Shown piece after piece: positions 58,276 through 64,000 of a stretch of 64,000 bases of DNA. Made by a program: the position numbers and the translations under genes. Source of the DNA: the human T2T-CHM13v2.0 reference genome, Homo sapiens; the NCBI RefSeq assembly GCF_009914755.1, contig NC_060926.1; one strand, written 5' to 3'. The notes below the pieces were generated by a model. It had not been told where the DNA came from. It made no database searches and was given only the letters and a program-made list of their open reading frames with translations. Every line of letters begins with the position of its first letter. Position 1 is the first letter of the stretch.

Positions 58276-58639
58276 GGATCCAGAGAAACCTATGGGAGTC
58301 CTTCCTTCACAGTGTTACTGTGAAATGATTTCTAAAACCCTCTAAGCTTAAATTTCTTCATACTCTGTAGATATTATAATGATTAAACAAAATAACAGAG
58401 TACTTAACAAGTGCCTAACCCATAAGATGTAAATTTTGTTTTCTTTTGACAACATAAATAACAGAGATAGAGATTCTAAAAGAAAATGATGTTTATTCAG
58501 GAATAAACATTGCAATGGGAATAAGCATGACATAGTAAACCATGCACATATTCCCATTGTGATCCTATTTCTGAATGAATATCATTTTCTTTTAGAGAGC
58601 TCTGTTATCTAGGTTGACAGTTTTATTAAATTTTGATGA

Positions 58640-59100
58640 GTGGATGGAAGTGGAGGACATTATGTTAAATGAAATAAGCCAGGCACAGAAACACAAATTT
58701 CTCTTGTATTCATTCATTTGTGGAAGCTAAAAAGTAAAACAATTGAACTCATGGAGATAGAGGATAGAATGATGGTTACCAGAGGCTGGGAAGGGTAGTG
58801 GTTAGTGGGGAGATGAAGTAGGAATGGTTAGTGGGTACAAAAATATAGTTAGATAGAATAAGTAAGATCTAGTATTTGATAGCACAACAGGATGACTACA
58901 GTAAACATTTTATTGTATATTTAAAAATGACTACAATAGTGGAATTGGAATGTTTGTAACACAAAGAAATGATACACGTTTGAGGTGAGATACCCTGTTT
59001 ACCCTGATGTGATTATTACACACTTCATGCCTGTATCAAAATATCTCATGTGCCCCAAAGATACGTATATATATACCATGTACTCATAAAAATTAAAAAT
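58640..59100 (+). mobile_element. L1MA-like 3' end
   Basis: TGGATGGAAGTGGAGGACATTATGTTAAATGAAATAAGCCAGGCACAGAAA..GGTTACCAGAGGCTGGGAAGGG..CCTGTATCAAAATATCTCATG. Confidence 0.9.
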
Positions 59101-60308
59101 GAATAAGTAATATCTTTTAAAAAGTTATTTCAACATGACACAAATTTAGTAGATATAGTTTGGGAGCATAAATAGAAACCTTGTAATATTACATAGAAAA
59201 TTTCCTTCATGAGGAAATAGACGGCCCAATAAATTTCTACCTATGAACATTGTTCCGCAAATAGATGAGTTCAATGGATTATTTATTTTCAATAAAAGTT
59301 CTTAAAGCAGAATAATGCTGAATTCATTTATTTATTGATTGACTCATTCATACATATATTCATTCATGAATTCAACAATCACATTCCTTCTATCTGGAAT
59401 CTGAACCAAGAAACCCACAGGGAAATTCTAGTCTGTGGGAGGCACTTGAGCTGAAAGGTCATTTAGATCAAGGCTAAGATGGCTAAACTGGGCCAAGCAG
59501 GAGATGAAAAAGCAGAGGATGCTTGAGAAGAGAGAGCAAGAGTGAGAATAAGAGCCAATGAAAGCAAGAAACAGAGGCACATGGAGATGAGGTTAGCAAG
59601 GCCCTGAGAGATGGGGACAAGGCCTTGGCTTAGAAATGTTTCTGTTCCTATACCCATGCACTGTGATGACCTAAGATTCTGGAAGATTTCCCTGATGCTC
59701 TAAATTATTGCCACATCCCTCCCCATTTTACCTACTTTCGTTTGTGAGGGGGCTTCTGTGCCTTATGACTGAAAGAACCTGGTACACAGTAGATACTATA
59801 AAATGTGTCCTTTGGACCTGATACCTTTATTGGGGTCCCTTTTGACTCAGGGTGAAATCCCTTTCTTGGATACATCCTAATAATATAAAGGTTTCTTATT
59901 CTAGTGAGTTAGAAGGATAAAAAAAAAAAGTGGAAGAGGTACTGGTAAGGAACTTGATTTTTGGTATCATTAGTTCTCCTGTCTCCTTGTTGAGTTTGCT
60001 GGTTGGCAAATGGACATGACAAAGATGGCACCAACATTCAACTAGGTACTTTACCGGCATGTCATTATTTATCTAAATAACAAGATCATTTAGAGACATG
60101 ATATCTGTTTACAGTTTGGAAAATGAAGAGATGCGTAGTGATGGCTCAGTAAGATGGTATAAGACAATATTCACGTTTCCACTCTGGCTTTGTGCGTTAC
60201 GTCAGTTATATGGTAGTTAAACTTTTCTACTGTGACATTTCATGGTAGATTATACTATCCTGGATTAACATAATCATACTTTTTTACTGACAATTAATAT
60301 GACTTTTT

Positions 60309-60628
60309 TGTTAACTTTTAAGTTCAGGGGTGCATGTGCAGGTTTGTTACATAGGTAAATTTGTATCGTGGGGGTTTCTTGTACAGATTATTTCATCATC
60401 CAGGTATTAAGCCTACTACCCATTAGTTATTTTTCCTGATCCTCTTCCTCCTTCCACTCTCCACCCTCTGATAGGCCCAGTGGGAATTGTTCCCCTCTAT
60501 GTGTCCATGTGTTTTCATCATGTTAAATGAAATAAGCCACTTAAAAGTGAGAACATGCAGTGGTATTTGGTTTTCTGTTTCTACATTAGTTTGCTAAGGA
60601 TAATGGCCTCCAGCTCCATTCATGTTAC
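60309..60628 (-). mobile_element. Short L1PA (L1PA13-16-like) 3' end with 14-bp TSD
   Basis: TAAGTTCAGGGGTGCATGTGCAGGTTTGTTACATAGGTAAA..AATGGCCTCCAGCTCCAT. TSD TAATATGACTTTTT at about 60295 and 60629. Confidence 0.9.
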
Positions 60629-61370
60629 TAATATGACTTTTTAAAAAATCCTGGACACTGTAAACAGACACTGTTTTAGGCTAATGCACAGGAATGCCAG
60701 CACAGAACTGCAGGGCTTAGTTAGTTAACGGAGGCTGAAATTCCACACTGCTCATCAAGCATGATATTTAAGAGTTTCAGCAAATTATCTATGAAATTTC
60801 AGCATTGAGCTGTAGAAAATAAATATTTTATGCAATTACAAGGTGAGATTAACTATCCAGATATTATTTATTGCCTTAAAATATTTGACACTTTATTTAT
60901 TCCTCAATAGTTACTATTGTTTACTAAATTTACTATTATTAAGGGATAAAATATTATATGTAATAACTATTAAAGGTCATTATTTATGCATATTACATAG
61001 AACTTTATTATCATAAAGTACTATATATAACAATTCAAATATTTGTTATCAATATAGTCAAATAAAGTTCTACTCCATTTGTAATTATATAGTGCTATGT
61101 AGTAATAACAATTATTTCAAAATATTTGGAAAGTTTAGGAAATAGAAAAAAAGGCAAAAATCCCTTTATTCCCCTTCTCTTGTTGATATTTTAGTCTATT
61201 TCCTTTTGGTCTTTTTTTAATACAGAAGTTGTGCTATTGTTGTCATTTTCTTTGGTTGTAATCAAAAGCATACAGAGTTTTGCATCCTGCTTTGTTTAGA
61301 TAATGTTATAACTATAGTATTTTCCAAGTTTTTAAAATAAAATCTTCATAATTTTTATCATAGTGCAATA

Positions 61371-62122
61371 CAGTTGACCCTTGGACAACATGGATTGGAA
61401 CCGTGCAGGTCTACTAACTAATACACAGATTCTCTTCCACCTATGCCACCCTTGAGACAGCAAGACCAACCCCTCCTCTTCCTCCTCCTTTTCAGTCCAC
61501 TCAATGTGAAGACAAGGACAATGAAGAACTTTATGATGATCCATGCTATTAGTCTGTTCTCACACCGCTAATAAAGACATACCCGAGACTGGGTAATTTA
61601 TAAAAGAAAGAGGTTTAATGGACTCACAGTTCTACATGGCTGCGGAAGCCCCACAATCATGATGGAAAGCAAAGGAGGAGCAAAGTCACGTCTCACATGG
61701 TAGCAGGCAAGAGAGCATGTGTGGGGGAACTTCCCTTTATAAAACCAACAGATCTCGTGAGACCTATTCACTATCACAAGAACAGCATGGGAAAACCCAC
61801 CCTCATGATTCGATTACCTTCCACCAATTCCCTCCCACTATACGTGGAGATTATTACAATTCAAGGTGAGATTTGGGTGGGGACACAAAGCCAAACCATG
61901 TCAATCTATTTCCACTTAATGAAGAGTAAATATATTTTCTCTTCCTTATGATTTTCTTAATAACATTTTCTTCTCTCTAGCTTACTTTATTGTAAAAGTA
62001 TAGTACATGATACATGTAACATACAAAATATATGTGAATCAACTGTTGATGTTATTGGTAAGGCTTCCAGTCAACAGCAGGCTATTAATAGTTAAGTTTT
62101 GGGGGAGTCAAAAGGTCAACTG
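61371..62122 (+). mobile_element. Tigger2a split by a THE1 LTR
   Basis: TA-CAGTTGACCCTTG start and AGGTCAACTG end. Internal sequence is collinear with the 46503 copy on both sides of the LTR. Confidence 0.88.
61544..61903 (-). mobile_element. THE1 (ERVL-MaLR) solo LTR
   Basis: Minus strand begins TGACATGGTTTGGCTTTGTGTCCCCACCCAAATCTCA and ends CAGACTAATAGCA. 5-bp TSD ATCCA/ATCTA. Confidence 0.93.
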
Positions 62123-62539
62123 AATTTCATTGTATGATTGTAGCACATTACATCTATCATTTTTAACTGTATATTTTTCTTTCGAAATAATTTTTAAGCT
62201 TTTTCTTTGAGTATTTTTTAGTGAGTCTTCATTAGAATGTAGGAGTATCTTCCTATTATCTATATTTTACTCCTTTAAATCTGCTTACTTGTTTTAAATA
62301 GTCACTTGCTATAAATCTTTTAAATTCGTATGAGATTAAATATTTCCACTTAAGATGCAATGGAACTTACTAAAAAAGTGCTAAAAAGTAACTATACTGA
62401 GGCTGTGATCAGTCTCTGAGACCCAGTTCCTATTGCTAACAGTACTTTGGTTTTTGGAGGCTGTCCTCCTACAACTGAGAAAAGTAATCTATTACCAATA
62501 TTTAAAGTATTTTCCCTATTGGTGCTTTGTTTAAACTTT

Positions 62540-64000
62540 CTTAGAGTTTGTAGTAACAAAAGTGACATGTTTTAACAAGTCAAACAACATAGAAACACTT
62601 AAGAAAATCTAATAATCTGCCTTCTACTCCTGATGAATCCCACTTGCCACTCCCCAAGATAACCAACTGATGTTAACATTTTCCTGCACAAGTTTCTATC
62701 TTTCTCAATGCTCATGTTAATATATATCATAAATATATGTATGTATATACATAGAATTTGGTTTTGAAAATGGGATTATATCACATACCTTGTTCTACAA
62801 TGTCTTTTTCATGTAGTAATATATCATGGGCATCTCCAGAGCCCAAATGTACACCTAACATCCTTTTTAATAGTTGCATTAGGCTGGGCGCGGTGGCTCA
62901 CGCCTGTAATCCCAGCACTTAGGGACGCTGAGACCAGCGGATCACCTGAGGTCAGGAGTTCGAGACCAGCCTGGCCAACATGGTGAAATCCCGTCTCTAC
63001 TAAAAATACAAAAATTAGCCGGGCCTGGTGGTGCATGTCTATAATCCCAGCTACTCAGGAGGCTGAGGCAAGATAATTGCTTGAACCCAGGAGGCAGAGG
63101 TTGTAGTGAGCCGAGATGGCACCATTGCACTCCAGTCTGGGCAACAAGAGTGAGACTCTGTCTCAAAACAGAATAAAACAAACAAACAAACAAACAAAAA
63201 TAGCTGCATTATAGTACATGATATTGATGTGCCATAATTTATTCAGCCATTTCTTACATGGACAGTGGGTTGTTTAGAGGTGGACTTTTTTTTTTTTTTT
63301 GGCCCCTGTAGATAATGTCATAATAAAAATCATTAAGCACACAATATTACATATTGGTTTTTATTTTTATAGGATACATAATCCCAAGCAGAATCCTTAA
63401 AGCATGAGTATTCTAGTTTTTAGTAGATGTTTTCAGATTAATTTCACAAAAGACTTCAGCAATTGACATTCTCATCAGCTGTGTCTTAGATTGCTAGTTT
63501 CAGCCCACCCTCAACAACATTAGATCCTGTTGCTCTTAATAGACAATCTGAGGTTAAAAAATTATCTTGCTTTACTTGCATTTCCATGCTACAAATGGAG
63601 CTATTAATATTTTCAAGTGTTTCTTGATAATCTGAATTTTTTCTTCTATGAATTCCCCATACTTTCATTCTTTTTTTGTCTTTTTCTTAAGGCTTAGTAA
63701 GAGGAATTTGTAGTAGGAGGAAATTATACTTGGTCTGTCACATATAATGCAATTATTTTGCTCCAATCTACCATTTGCACTTCAATTTTATACACTACAT
63801 CTTTCCCCACTTAATTAAAAAAAAAGTACGGAATTTTATTGTTTGGGAGTGCATTTCAGACAGAGAATAAATTATGCCGATACCATGTATTCAATTATTC
63901 ATTACTTTGAATTGAAATGCCAATTTTGTTATATATCAAGCTACCATATATCCTTAGATTTGTTCCTGTTCTATTTTATTGCATTGTTCTATTAACATCT
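62540..64000 (-). mobile_element. Ancient L1ME-like fragment
   Basis: GATAACCAACTGATGTTAAC..AATGGGATTATATCACATACCTTGTTCT..CATAATTTATTCAGCCATTTC..TTTACTTGCATTTCC, typical of decayed L1M 3' regions. Confidence 0.7.
62882..63198 (+). mobile_element. AluS (Sq/Sp-like) element with 13-bp TSD
   Basis: Full dimer with (AAAC)n tail. TSD AATAGTTGCATTA at 62869-62881 and AATAGCTGCATTA at 63199-63211. Confidence 0.96.

Overview
This is human (or near-human primate) genomic DNA, recognisable as the 5' end of PAX3 at 2q36.1 plus about 46 kb upstream. On the minus strand are PAX3 exons 1-4 (85, 236, 130 and 135 coding nt, encoding the paired domain and octapeptide). Also visible are the Q+/Q- NAGNAG acceptor, the two truncating intron-4 endings (PAX3a read-through and PAX3b mini-exon), about 13 kb of intron 4, and the promoter with CCAAT boxes and a (CA)n repeat. 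On the plus strand, the antisense CCDC140 transcript runs across the PAX3 promoter. About 20 kb upstream is an intronless 345-aa RING-HC protein with two predicted transmembrane helices (RNF228, RNF182/183/186-like), with a probable divergent spliced lncRNA (CT75-like). The 10-40 kb interval is CpG-rich and poor in transposons, with many candidate developmental enhancers. From about 41 kb onward the sequence is nested Alu, L1, Tigger, hAT and THE1 debris. I see no demonstrably new biological system. The best leads are the little-studied RING-TM ligase (poly-Ala inside the RING, two overlapping upstream ATGs, shared CpG domain with PAX3), a candidate PAX3 autoregulatory site, an 11-bp phased repeat in intron 1, and several template-switch scars. 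Gene names and repeat subfamilies are recalled from memory and were not database-checked. Repeat boundaries are approximate.
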